Under the pieces are notes generated by a model, which made no database searches, was not told the DNA's origin, and saw only the letters and a program-made list of their open reading frames with translations. The position numbers and the translations under genes were made by a program. Shown in pieces: positions 40,965 through 50,420 of a stretch of 64,000 bases of DNA. Each line of letters starts with the position of its first letter. Within the stretch, counting starts at the first letter, position 1. The stretch spans positions 288,001-352,000 of the forward strand of contig CBDANF010000003.1 of the NCBI GenBank assembly GCA_965197475.1, given 5' to 3'. Source of the DNA: Candidatus Poribacteria bacterium. GTDB lineage: Bacteria > Poribacteria > WGA-4E > WGA-3G.

Positions 40965-43076
40965 ATGTACAACATTATCCTTACTTATATCGTCTTGCTT
41001 CTGCTATGTTTTGGTACTTCTATTGGAATCTGTCAATCCCAAAATGTCGGCACAATTCAGGGACAGGTAACAGATAAACAGAACAACCCACTCTCCGATT
41101 ATGTCATATCAGCAATATCACAAACAGACAACATAACTTACGCCGCCAAAACTAATTCTGGAGGGCAGTTTACGCTGACAAACCTTCCTGATGGCACTTG
41201 GGATGTGGAAGTTCGGCATTACAGCACGTTACTTGCACAACGTGAAGTTGCGGTTACCGAGAAAACCGAGGTAAAAGCCGATTTTGTGATTGAAGGCACA
41301 GGAATCATTTCCGGCTTTTTGCTTGATTCTGATAACAAACTTCCGTTGCCGATTACGGGTGAGGTCCAGATTGGTCTCCTCACACATGACGATGGGTGGA
41401 TAGAAAGCACGTACAACGGCACGGTATCCAACGGATATTTTGAAGTCAAAAATCTGTTATCGGGACGCTATCGTATTATTGATGCTTTTGACGGTTATGT
41501 TTTTGCGAAATCCGACTCGTCTACGGTGACGGTCTATCCTGATAGCAATATCGGCGGCATAGAGGTGTTTTTGAAACCGGGGGCATCTCTCTCTGGCAGT
41601 TTCGTTGATGCTGAAAATGGAAACCCTATCTCTGGCGTTACTGTCCGTGCAGCTTCCGAAGTGAAGGATACCGTCTATCCTGACAGAAGCTATGCACACC
41701 AAACAGAGACGGACGCAAAAGGTGAATTCCATCTCACAATACCGAATGATTCCGATACCTATTATGCCTTCACACTGATAGCATTGCATCCCCAGTACCA
41801 AACGCACCGTTGGCGATGGGAGATGTCTCCTGAGAAAAATGTATACGATTTAGGAGAACTTTCACTGAAACCGTTCCTCTCGCTGCAGGGCAGGGTTTCT
41901 GCTTCAAACGCACGTTACACAGTTGACGGACTCAAGGTGCAGTTAAAGATGCACAACAAATCCGCAGACTTCTTTCGTGCCGGGGCACAACCTGAACATA
42001 TAGTGCAAACCGATGCAGAAGGCAATTTCATCTTCTCTGAACTTCATCCGATTGAATACAGTTTGACAATTTCCCGAAATGATGTTATTATTGCATTTTT
42101 AGAGTCGGTCAATCCGCAAAGCAAAAAACCGCTCAAAATCCGCGTGCCAAAAATGCAAACGTTGTACGGCACGGTCGTTGATGCAAAGCAGAATCCTATT
42201 GCAGATGCGAATCTCTATGCAGCACGCCGCAGCGAAAACCGGCACGGACACCGTGCTCTCTTAGCAATGACGCAAACGGATGCAAATGGTGTTTTCCAAA
42301 TGCAGCTGTTAGAGACGAAACCACATCTTCTGTCCGTTGAGGTGTCTAAAAAGGGGTATCTTTCAAGTGTATATTCGAATGTAGATATTGAAAAAGAGCC
42401 GCTGATTGTTCCGCTTCAAAAAGGGTTTGTTGTAAGAGGACGCGTCATTCTACCGCAGGATGTCTCTTCAAACAGATATTATGACGTGAAAGTTTTCCCC
42501 GAAGGTGTCAAAATGGAACCGACGCTGAATCCGCGAACATTGAACAGACCGCTTCTATCAAAACGATTTCCTGTAACAGAAACGACTTTCGTATTGAACG
42601 GTCTCTTTGAGGAAAAGTATAGACTCTATATTGCCGGGGATGGCATCGCTGCAACCGAAATAGACGTGAAAGCATCTGCGAATGGTGAAGAGGTGTTCAT
42701 CGTAGCAGATAGACCAACGGTGGAGTTAAAGGGACAAGTGCTTTGGGCAGAAACAGGCAAACCCGTTGAGAATGCTCTGGTATCGCGTTCATGGTATCCA
42801 TGGGAATTGAGCCAATACGATATGTCGTTGACCTTAGATCGCTTTGAAACGGAGACAGACGCACAGGGTAATTTTGTGTTCTCAAATTTGACACAAGAAC
42901 GTTATCAATTACATATCCGTGCTGTTCAGTCGGTTTTTGAAAAAGAAGCGGGAACATATCAACGTACTCAGATTCAGAAACAGGTCGCAATTCCTATTTG
43001 TAGTGATAATACACATCGTATCTATCTTGGGAAAGTGGATGGAACACCATTTGCCACCGCTTCCACAGAAAATTGA
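40965..43076 (+). CDS. Secreted carboxypeptidase-regulatory-like (beta-sandwich repeat) protein
   Basis: Repeats of 'G.V.D...NP+..' and 'TDA.G.F'; signal peptide. Confidence 0.85.
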   Translation: MYNIILTYIVLLLLCFGTSIGICQSQNVGTIQGQVTDKQNNPLSDYVISAISQTDNITYAAKTNSGGQFTLTNLPDGTWDVEVRHYSTLLAQREVAVTEKTEVKADFVIEGTGIISGFLLDSDNKLPLPITGEVQIGLLTHDDGWIESTYNGTVSNGYFEVKNLLSGRYRIIDAFDGYVFAKSDSSTVTVYPDSNIGGIEVFLKPGASLSGSFVDAENGNPISGVTVRAASEVKDTVYPDRSYAHQTETDAKGEFHLTIPNDSDTYYAFTLIALHPQYQTHRWRWEMSPEKNVYDLGELSLKPFLSLQGRVSASNARYTVDGLKVQLKMHNKSADFFRAGAQPEHIVQTDAEGNFIFSELHPIEYSLTISRNDVIIAFLESVNPQSKKPLKIRVPKMQTLYGTVVDAKQNPIADANLYAARRSENRHGHRALLAMTQTDANGVFQMQLLETKPHLLSVEVSKKGYLSSVYSNVDIEKEPLIVPLQKGFVVRGRVILPQDVSSNRYYDVKVFPEGVKMEPTLNPRTLNRPLLSKRFPVTETTFVLNGLFEEKYRLYIAGDGIAATEIDVKASANGEEVFIVADRPTVELKGQVLWAETGKPVENALVSRSWYPWELSQYDMSLTLDRFETETDAQGNFVFSNLTQERYQLHIRAVQSVFEKEAGTYQRTQIQKQVAIPICSDNTHRIYLGKVDGTPFATASTEN

Positions 43077-43100
43077 TCTCATATTGTTGAAAAGACTCAA

Positions 43101-43793
43101 ATGAAAAACATAGCACACACTTTGAGATTGTTCATCACGATTTTTGCTTTCCTTGCATTACAAGGCATCGCGAATGCTGTTACGTGGCAAGATGACTTTG
43201 ACCAGGAAACAGAAGACAACTGGCAACTACAAGGAAGCGATTCTGTATGGCGAATTGAAGATGGATATTTAAGAACAGAAATTCAGACAGAGAAGCAGTG
43301 GCGCACTCTATTTGAATTCTACCAATTTATAGCCTTCCCCGGACCTTATGATACTTTTACGATTGCGATTGATACCATCGGCGCATCCGTAGAAGCCCGA
43401 TTTGGTATTGCACTTGGAAAACGTTTCCTAAACGATGCAGGAGAGGTAGAGGAGATAGGTTATTATCTATTTTTGACAAACGATATGCAAGCGTCAAGGG
43501 ATGGCAAAGTGTTTCTTGGTCCCGGCAAACGTTGGCACACAGACGAACTCAATCAGATGGTGTTGCACTTTGATGGTGGTAGATTTCAACTAATCGGTGA
43601 TGACGAAACGCGTATGGATTTTATAGACGCTAACTTACTGAAAATTGATATAATCGGCTTTGTCCTTGTCGGATACGTTACAGATAGGACGAGTACAGAC
43701 AAAGCATGGGTGGATAAAATAACGATTTCGGGGCTTTCGGTATCGCCAAAGCGGAAATTAACGACTATCTGGGGACATCTGAAGCGAGAATAG
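43101..43793 (+). CDS. Secreted putative lectin/jelly-roll protein with TTWG tail (family C)
   Basis: 'TWQDDFD..W..W.IEDGYL', 'FIAFPGPY'; ends 'KLTTIWGHLK'. Confidence 0.8.
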   Translation: MKNIAHTLRLFITIFAFLALQGIANAVTWQDDFDQETEDNWQLQGSDSVWRIEDGYLRTEIQTEKQWRTLFEFYQFIAFPGPYDTFTIAIDTIGASVEARFGIALGKRFLNDAGEVEEIGYYLFLTNDMQASRDGKVFLGPGKRWHTDELNQMVLHFDGGRFQLIGDDETRMDFIDANLLKIDIIGFVLVGYVTDRTSTDKAWVDKITISGLSVSPKRKLTTIWGHLKRE

Positions 43794-43798
43794 ATATA

Positions 43799-44736
43799 GA
43801 GGGTATTGCCTAACTAATGATATTCATGGTTTCCATTCCGCCAAGTTTTAAAATGTCAAACACGTCTCCATTAACACGAAATCGTGCGAACAAGGCAATC
43901 GTTAGGTTCACCATCTCCACACTTTTTGAAACAATAATGGACGGACGTTTGAACCGGCCGAACCAGTGCCGCATCAAGCAATTGTTGCGTTCAATGCGAT
44001 GTGTCTCCGCCTTCGTTTGAACATGTTTTGAAGCAGGTAGGATGGATTCGTCCACCTGCCACTTGTCGGTGTAGGACATTTTGACATTCAAGGCTTTGAG
44101 GCGATGCGTCAGTTTTTCAAGGGTTTCTGTGTTGCGTCCGCCGCATTGCCAATCTATGAGGTATCCTGTGTTCCTGTCAAGTGCTTTCCATATCCAAAGT
44201 TTGTTTTTCTTCTTTCCGATATAATGCCACATTTCATCAAGCTCCAAAACTACGGTGGATCCGGGTGAAAATGTCCGTTTCGGGGCGTGTTTTTTCGCAT
44301 AGGAGCGTCCCCATTTGAGAACAGTTGTTACATGAATGTTGAAGAGTTTTGAGATAGCATTCATTGAAATACCGTGGCAGTCCAAGAGCAGAGCGAGGGT
44401 TTTATGTGTCTGGGGTTTACCTCGTGGTGTTTTGCGTGTGAATTGATAGTGGCAACTTGGACATTTATAGCGTTGTTTTGCGTTGACGAACCCGTTTTTG
44501 ACGAAGTGAATATGTTGACATCTTGGACACGCTTTCATGGTATCCTCCTGTGAGTAGAAATGAGTTGTTTTCAATGAGGATACAGGTTTTAGGCATATAA
44601 GTCAATGAAAATCAGTCTGATTTTTTCATTGACAACTCTCGTTATAAGTGTTATCATTACCGCAACTGAAATATGATGCAGCGCGGTTCAGAGGGTATCC
44701 CGCTAATTCTTGCATCATTATTTAACCAATACCCTC
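43799..44736 (-). mobile_element. IS1-family insertion sequence (~938 bp)
   Basis: Terminal IRs gagggtattgcctaactaatgat / revcomp gagggtattggttaaataatgat (20/23); 8-bp direct repeat TAGATATA at 43791-43798 and 44737-44744. Confidence 0.8.
43810..44538 (-). CDS. IS1-family transposase (single in-frame InsAB)
   Basis: Zn finger CPRC...CPSC, HTH, DDE motifs 'ELDEMWHYIGKKKNKLWIW', 'YTDKW', 'IERNN'. Confidence 0.92.
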   Translation of the reverse strand: MKACPRCQHIHFVKNGFVNAKQRYKCPSCHYQFTRKTPRGKPQTHKTLALLLDCHGISMNAISKLFNIHVTTVLKWGRSYAKKHAPKRTFSPGSTVVLELDEMWHYIGKKKNKLWIWKALDRNTGYLIDWQCGGRNTETLEKLTHRLKALNVKMSYTDKWQVDESILPASKHVQTKAETHRIERNNCLMRHWFGRFKRPSIIVSKSVEMVNLTIALFARFRVNGDVFDILKLGGMETMNIIS

Positions 44737-44737
44737 T
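44629..44737 (+). promoter_or_regulatory. Outward-facing promoter plus structured leader within the IS end
   Basis: TTGACA-17-TATCAT; stems ATGATGCA/TGCATCAT and GCGG/CCGC; loop AGAGGGTAT pairs with ATACCCTCT. Confidence 0.55.
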
Positions 44738-44758
44738 AGATATAAAATAGGGAAAGTA

Positions 44759-45502
44759 ATGTTACGAAAAAATTTAGACCTGATTTTTAATGGATTATTG
44801 CTATTGGCAATTTTAGGCGTTTTGTTCTGGAGCACTTATGCGAAAGCAAAATTGAATCCGCATGAGCGCGCTGACCCCGCAGCATCGGGGGCATATTATA
44901 GGACACCCGGTAAAAACAGAAAGTGGTTCGGATCTGAAATAAACTCCTTAACACTCTGTGAAGGTGTGCATAACCTTTACAACAATAGAGGTTTTTTCGA
45001 CATTATAGAAACCATTGAGAATGCGGTTGTATCCAAGTCAAATATTCAAGGTGCATTACATTGGTACCGGCGACAAAAGTGGGGCTTCGCGAGCGACGAG
45101 ACACCTTGGGGCACAAACGTTTCTTATATAACGCTCCATGACGACCTTGGGTGGAGTGAAATTAATCGGGGAACTGGGACAACAGGCTTCCCTTGGAGTG
45201 GAATTGAACGGCATTGGCGCGACGGTAACATTATCCGATCACAATCCTCTGTGATGGGATGGCGGCAATATGCGCGAGGAAGAGAGCGGTGGATTTGCCC
45301 TATGTATTACAAAGTTGGTGGGTGGAATGACGAAGATCTTGAGGTACACTGTAAAACCCTCAGGACATGGTTTCCACCTGATTGGAATGTCTTAACACAG
45401 AAAGATAGAGATTTCGGCACCCCCGTTGAGAGAAAACCAGGGGTGATAAGTCGAAAAGGGAAACGGACAAACCGTTGGTACGATTGTATAAAGATCAATT
45501 AG
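44759..45502 (+). CDS. Secreted Cys/Trp-rich protein, paralog family B (copy 3)
   Basis: 'GAYYRTPG..WFGSEINSLTLC', 'W..RQKWGF..TPWG', 'TGFPWSG', 'ICPMYY', C-terminal 'RWYDCIKIN'. Confidence 0.85.
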   Translation: MLRKNLDLIFNGLLLLAILGVLFWSTYAKAKLNPHERADPAASGAYYRTPGKNRKWFGSEINSLTLCEGVHNLYNNRGFFDIIETIENAVVSKSNIQGALHWYRRQKWGFASDETPWGTNVSYITLHDDLGWSEINRGTGTTGFPWSGIERHWRDGNIIRSQSSVMGWRQYARGRERWICPMYYKVGGWNDEDLEVHCKTLRTWFPPDWNVLTQKDRDFGTPVERKPGVISRKGKRTNRWYDCIKIN

Positions 45503-45617
45503 CATGAACTCAATCGTTGGCACAGTCAATCTGTTAATTCGTTTGTAGTTGCGCAATTCACGCGCCTCTTATTTGCGGTCAGAAACGCGCAGCTGCATTT
45601 CTAGGCAAAACAGTAAA

Positions 45618-46319
45618 ATGATGAAAACCATGTCCATAATTTTACTAATCATTTTTAGTTTGGTCGGTAGTACCATCTCAACATCTGCGGACATCTGGCA
45701 CGATGATTTTGACACCGAAAATCCAGAAGCATGGAACATCGTAGGAAACAATGATGTATGGAAGGTAGTTGACGGATTTTTGCGCATTGAGGTTAATCGG
45801 GATTGGGCAGTCCAATATGATCTCTACGAATTTATTGCATTCCCCGCTCCCTATCGTGACTTTACTATCAAGATTAAGGATTTTGGTGGAGACAAAATAC
45901 GTCTCGGTTTTTGCGTGGGACGACGTTTTCCTGATACCCCTGAAGAAGATCCATTTTTTTATGTGTTTTTCCCAGATGAAATCAGAGCCGTGCGTTTTGA
46001 TGGCAAAGGAAGTAGGCATCCTTTTCATACTCGATTGTCGCGAGAACCTCGTTTACGCTGGGACACAGATACTCTGACGGAGATGGAGTTACATTTTAAT
46101 TCAGGGATCTTTCTACTGTTCGCTGATGGTGAATTCCGTGCTAAATTCCGAGATGCAAACTTCAATAGGATTGAGATTCTCGGTTTTGTCGTGGAGGGAA
46201 TAAATATCGCAAACCAATGGATTGGCAATGGATGGGTAGATTCGTTCACTATTTCCGGACTAAACGTTTCTCCTGAAGTAAAAGCAACCTCAACTTGGGC
46301 ACAACTTAAGAGGAATTGA
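45618..46319 (+). CDS. Secreted putative lectin/jelly-roll protein with TTWG-like tail (family C)
   Basis: 'IWHDDFD', 'FIAFPAPY'; ends 'VSPEVKATSTWAQLK'. Confidence 0.8.
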   Translation: MMKTMSIILLIIFSLVGSTISTSADIWHDDFDTENPEAWNIVGNNDVWKVVDGFLRIEVNRDWAVQYDLYEFIAFPAPYRDFTIKIKDFGGDKIRLGFCVGRRFPDTPEEDPFFYVFFPDEIRAVRFDGKGSRHPFHTRLSREPRLRWDTDTLTEMELHFNSGIFLLFADGEFRAKFRDANFNRIEILGFVVEGINIANQWIGNGWVDSFTISGLNVSPEVKATSTWAQLKRN

Positions 46320-46825
46320 TGCGTCTTTATCCAAAAAAATCTCAAAGCGATATACAAAACAGGTCTGAGCGCGGATTATCTCAACAAATTATCAAGGAAT
46401 CGCTAATTGTTTGTGTTTGGATCAGTTTTGGAGCCTTAACACTCTGGGGGGCGGAGGTGGCTGGACTTTTCTCTTCCACCTTCCAAATTCAGGGAAGTTC
46501 TACCTTACAAGTTGATTTCCCTGCAGTCTACCAAATTTGGAAACGTGGAGAGGCTGTTTTTGTAGACTCGCGTTCCGCAGCCAACTTCAGGCGGGGGCAT
46601 ATCCCAGATGCCGTAAATGTACCTATCAACCGCGTGCAGCAGGAATTAGATGTACTGCCAACAGACAAAGAAGTGCTTTTGATTACCTATTGCGGAAGCA
46701 TTGAATGTCCAAATGCCTATCAGTTGATGAACGTTCTATTGGGGTACGGTTACCAAAACGTAAAGTTTTTTCCGCGCGGACTGAGAGGTTGGCAGGCATT
46801 AGGACACCTACTGGAAACAGAATGA
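46319..46825 (+). CDS. Membrane-anchored rhodanese-like protein
   Basis: 'FVDSRS..F..GHIPDAVNVP', 'ITYCGSIEC', 'RGLRGW'; TGATG coupling to the upstream gene. Confidence 0.88.
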   Translation: MRLYPKKSQSDIQNRSERGLSQQIIKESLIVCVWISFGALTLWGAEVAGLFSSTFQIQGSSTLQVDFPAVYQIWKRGEAVFVDSRSAANFRRGHIPDAVNVPINRVQQELDVLPTDKEVLLITYCGSIECPNAYQLMNVLLGYGYQNVKFFPRGLRGWQALGHLLETE

Positions 46826-47316
46826 CAATTCCGTCACTGTTGGTGACAACACTCAGAATTATTCTTGGGGCGATTCTTCTGTTCGCCGGGATTGCTAAGC
46901 TTGCGAATTTCAACGCGTTTGTAACCGATGTAGCCGGTTACCAGATATTACCGACGGGATTGGCAAAGCCGATAAGTTATCTATTGGTATCGGAAGAGAT
47001 AACGTTAGGGATAGCGTTGAGCATAGGCTATTTTTCGCGAGGCGCAGGTATATTGGCATCATTTCTCTTTCTGATATTTGCGATTGCATTGGCAAATGTG
47101 TTGTGGCGAGAACTACCCGTAGCGGATTGCGGCTGTGCCAATTTTCTTTTTACTATTCTGGATTTCTTAGGGTTTTCGATTTCAACAACGCCTAATTGGA
47201 AGATGGTTTTCGTAGATATTGGGTTAGGGGTAACATGTTTTGGGATAGCTTGTTCACCGCAACTGGGATATGGTTTGGAATCTTTTATCCCAAGAATGAG
47301 ACGTAATGAAGTTTAA
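46822..47316 (+). CDS. MauE/DoxX family membrane protein
   Basis: 'LRIILGAILLFAGIAKL', 'DCGC'; ATGA overlap with the rhodanese gene. Confidence 0.88.
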   Translation: MTIPSLLVTTLRIILGAILLFAGIAKLANFNAFVTDVAGYQILPTGLAKPISYLLVSEEITLGIALSIGYFSRGAGILASFLFLIFAIALANVLWRELPVADCGCANFLFTILDFLGFSISTTPNWKMVFVDIGLGVTCFGIACSPQLGYGLESFIPRMRRNEV

Positions 47317-47369
47317 TTTACAATCTCTCCTAAATAATTCTGAAAATATTATAATTTTCAAAATTTAAG

Positions 47370-47480
47370 TTGACAAAAAATTAAATTCGCGTATAATTTA
47401 CCAAAAGTGGTGAAAAAACTGATAATTTCGCGAATTTTTTGAAAAAAGATTTGACATTTACTGAAACTTACTGTTATAAT
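47370..47480 (+). promoter_or_regulatory. Two tandem consensus sigma70 promoters
   Basis: TTGACA-16-TATAAT (47370-47397) and TTGACA-18-TATAAT (47451-47480). Confidence 0.65.
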
Positions 47481-47908
47481 ACCTATATTAAGTCGTATAT
47501 ATAAATATAAATTTAGGCGTGAAAAAGAGAAGCGAGACTTTAAACGTCGCAATCATGTTTTCTGATGAATGATGGAGGTTTTATCAATAGAGTAACCAAC
47601 ATTAATGAATAACCGACATGTAAATACCGCAATCCAGAAAAGATCACATCCAGATACTCGTCATTTAAGCAAGGACAGTGTTTGTGGGTTTGTATTAATT
47701 ACCCCCCCCTCACTTCACATTCGTTAATTTATTCACAGGACAAGGTCTTATTGCAGGATGGACATGCTGCAATATTTTTGTGCCCGCACGTACTTCGTCT
47801 TTCACGGAGTGTCACGTCGCGGGCTTTTGTTGTTACACATTCGGAATTTCCGATGTTTATTATCCCTGCACTGCAGATGAAACCTATAACTATTGCTTAT
47901 TTTTTGAT

Positions 47909-47937
47909 TTGACAAAATTCAGTGGAAAACGTAGAAT
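47909..47937 (+). promoter_or_regulatory. Promoter of the 48062 operon
   Basis: TTGACA-17-TAGAAT. Confidence 0.65.
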
Positions 47938-48061
47938 TGCATTAACGCTACCCGAACAACCTGTCCGAAGGACGGACACTGAAAACCAAAACGGATAGCA
48001 TTCGCAAATTCACTATTTTCCACTTATCGCCACAGAAAAATGTGGCAAGGAGATAAACAAA

Positions 48062-48919
48062 ATGAAAAGAAGATTTGTTGAATGCGCGCTATTATTAGGC
48101 ATTGTGATGTCTGTTGTCTTTTTAGCACAAACGCAAGATGGATTGGGGCACAGTAAAAATATGCACGATCCTCAATTTGATGTTGATCCGAGTGGCAACG
48201 AAGTTGGGCAAGGTAATGGTAATGATCCGAGGGGCAAAAGTTTTCATTATTCTAACGGCAGTGTTATCGGCTATGTATGGGGTAAAGGTTGGCAGTACCG
48301 AGGAGGACTGTTGAATGGAGCGACCGAAGAACAGACAAATGATCCAAACGATACTGGTCACCCAGAAGACGAAATCCATCAAATGATTTATGTCTTGCAG
48401 ATTAGAGCTGACTGCTGGGCAAGGCCTTCGTCATGTGAGGCAGAAATAAAACCGAGTCTTAAATATGTTGATGCATTGGCTCCAAGAAGACATGTTTTTG
48501 GAGGATGGGGATCAATAAGTCTTAAATTTTCCCATGTGTGTTATCATGAAGTCGTCGGAATCTGGTCTCAGCAGCAGTGTGAGGTAAGGGAGAGAGAGGA
48601 AACACTGTGGAGTGCTGGTCAATCAATTTTCATTAAGGTTACTCTCAATGAATACGCTGAGAAGAGAAGTGGGAGTTTTGGTGCATCACTTAAAGGCGTT
48701 TCTGCTTCATATTCCCACGAGTATCAAGAAAAGTATAATGATCTTCACGCACGTGGATTTGGCATAAAAGCGAAACTCAGGGGCAATCCGTATGACCCTG
48801 TGATTTATAAACAAGATAAGTATGCGGGTGCCTCCGGATATGTTCAGAGCGCAAGAACTGGTGATCTCCTGGCAGCCCGTCCTGGTGTTGACAGTCATGA
48901 ATGTCCAGGTTCACAATGA
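48062..48919 (+). CDS. Secreted Cys-containing hypothetical protein
   Basis: AAGGAG RBS; signal peptide; beta-rich C-terminal half. Confidence 0.8.
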   Translation: MKRRFVECALLLGIVMSVVFLAQTQDGLGHSKNMHDPQFDVDPSGNEVGQGNGNDPRGKSFHYSNGSVIGYVWGKGWQYRGGLLNGATEEQTNDPNDTGHPEDEIHQMIYVLQIRADCWARPSSCEAEIKPSLKYVDALAPRRHVFGGWGSISLKFSHVCYHEVVGIWSQQQCEVREREETLWSAGQSIFIKVTLNEYAEKRSGSFGASLKGVSASYSHEYQEKYNDLHARGFGIKAKLRGNPYDPVIYKQDKYAGASGYVQSARTGDLLAARPGVDSHECPGSQ

Positions 48920-49027
48920 GGATTGTAAACGACGATGCATAGATCAGCTGGGCGTTGGGGCGATATTTGGTGATCGCCCCAACAAATCAATAGTAGTTCT
49001 CTAACTACATCAATCGGAGGATGTAAA

Positions 49028-50383
49028 ATGAAAAGACGAATGATTTTAACAACGCTGCTTTTTCTTATAATTGTCATTGGTTTTTCTGTTTACCTGAATA
49101 ATAGAAAGACAGGACAACAGTCTATCACGGAGCAGCTTTCTACGTTCAAGCAGCATGAACACATCGCACCAGATGGCACTGTCGTGAAACATCAACACAC
49201 TTACGAGGTTCCCGAACTATCCGAAGGTGTTGTGAAACCGAAACCGGTTTCCGAGTCAAGGCATCCCATCCAGCGCGCATGGGAAGCACTTGACCTCGCA
49301 GCAATTAAAAGGAAATATCAACCTTACACCGTCGCTGAAATGCAGGAAATGTGGTCGCAATCTTATATGACCAACTTTGGTCCAAATTACCCACATGAAC
49401 TTGATGAGGCATATCCACAAGAGGAATGGCTTCAACACAATTTGGAATTAGGGCAACATTTCGCAGATTTTACGGACTATGAAACAACGTTGGAGCGGCG
49501 ATATATGATGGTAGATCATCGGGACAAGTGGAAAGTTAAGGACGAAGTAGGCAGAGAGGAAATGCGTGGATACCTTGATTTGCCGTCCTACGTAGACACC
49601 TGGGAAGAGTATGAGGATGCATTCCTTAAGACACTTATCACCTCTTATCACACGTTTGTAGTGGCAACAGAGTCGGATCCTGATATTGAAGGTGGCACTG
49701 TCGGCACCGATGGCACCCTCATCCCGTTCAAGAAGAACACTGTGTATGTCCATGTTAATATAGAAAAAGGTTTTTCAACGTTCACGGGAACAGAGTTAAC
49801 CAACGACGAAGAAAATACGTTAACAATGTATGGTGTTGTCCCTGAAGGGCTAACAGTTATCTATACAGATGAGGGAGGAAAACCTTTATCATCGGATACT
49901 CCTCCGCCTACTTTCCATGCGCGGCGTATGAAGGAATTGGAACAAGCACAAACATATCTGCAACAGCAAATAACAGATCATGAAGTATTGTTAGAACTTG
50001 ATGCTATTCTCAATCCACAGGAAAAAGGAGCAGGCACTACTTCTGTACCGCATGAACATGAACATGAGCAGGAGCATGACCACACACACGAGACACTGCA
50101 ACCTCCTGATAAGGTAACGCCACAGCAGTCTAATGCAAAGCAGCCCCTGCCGCATCTGAAGATACCACCGGAACTACGCACGCCAGAAGCGATCAATCAA
50201 TGGTTTACCGAATTAGAGGTACTGCACGGTGGGCAATTGCCGAAAGATTTGCAGGCACTCCGGGAAGTTATCACTGAATTGGAGAAAATAAGACAGGAAG
50301 GTGAAGCGAAGTTGAAACCGCCACAACCGCCAGAACGTCCGGCACCGCCAGAAGGAAATTCCCCTCCTGATAAGACAGACTAA
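49028..50383 (+). CDS. Membrane-anchored His-rich hypothetical protein (family D)
   Basis: N-terminal TM; 'HEHIAPDGTVVKHQH'; 'HEHEHEQEHDHTHE'; Pro-rich tail. Confidence 0.85.
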   Translation: MKRRMILTTLLFLIIVIGFSVYLNNRKTGQQSITEQLSTFKQHEHIAPDGTVVKHQHTYEVPELSEGVVKPKPVSESRHPIQRAWEALDLAAIKRKYQPYTVAEMQEMWSQSYMTNFGPNYPHELDEAYPQEEWLQHNLELGQHFADFTDYETTLERRYMMVDHRDKWKVKDEVGREEMRGYLDLPSYVDTWEEYEDAFLKTLITSYHTFVVATESDPDIEGGTVGTDGTLIPFKKNTVYVHVNIEKGFSTFTGTELTNDEENTLTMYGVVPEGLTVIYTDEGGKPLSSDTPPPTFHARRMKELEQAQTYLQQQITDHEVLLELDAILNPQEKGAGTTSVPHEHEHEQEHDHTHETLQPPDKVTPQQSNAKQPLPHLKIPPELRTPEAINQWFTELEVLHGGQLPKDLQALREVITELEKIRQEGEAKLKPPQPPERPAPPEGNSPPDKTD

Positions 50384-50420
50384 GGGTTACCGCTTGAAGA
50401 TTCAAGCACGTGAAAACGCC

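Noticed and set aside
44673-44737. Twister ribozyme or preQ1 riboswitch
   Set aside because: Only superficial similarity; the conserved core nucleotides I would expect (e.g. twister AAGCCC loop) are absent.
32052-45502. Diversity-generating retroelement or RiPP cluster explaining family B
   Set aside because: No reverse transcriptase or template/variable repeat pair, no C39 peptidase, radical SAM or YcaO enzyme, and the proteins are ~240 aa.
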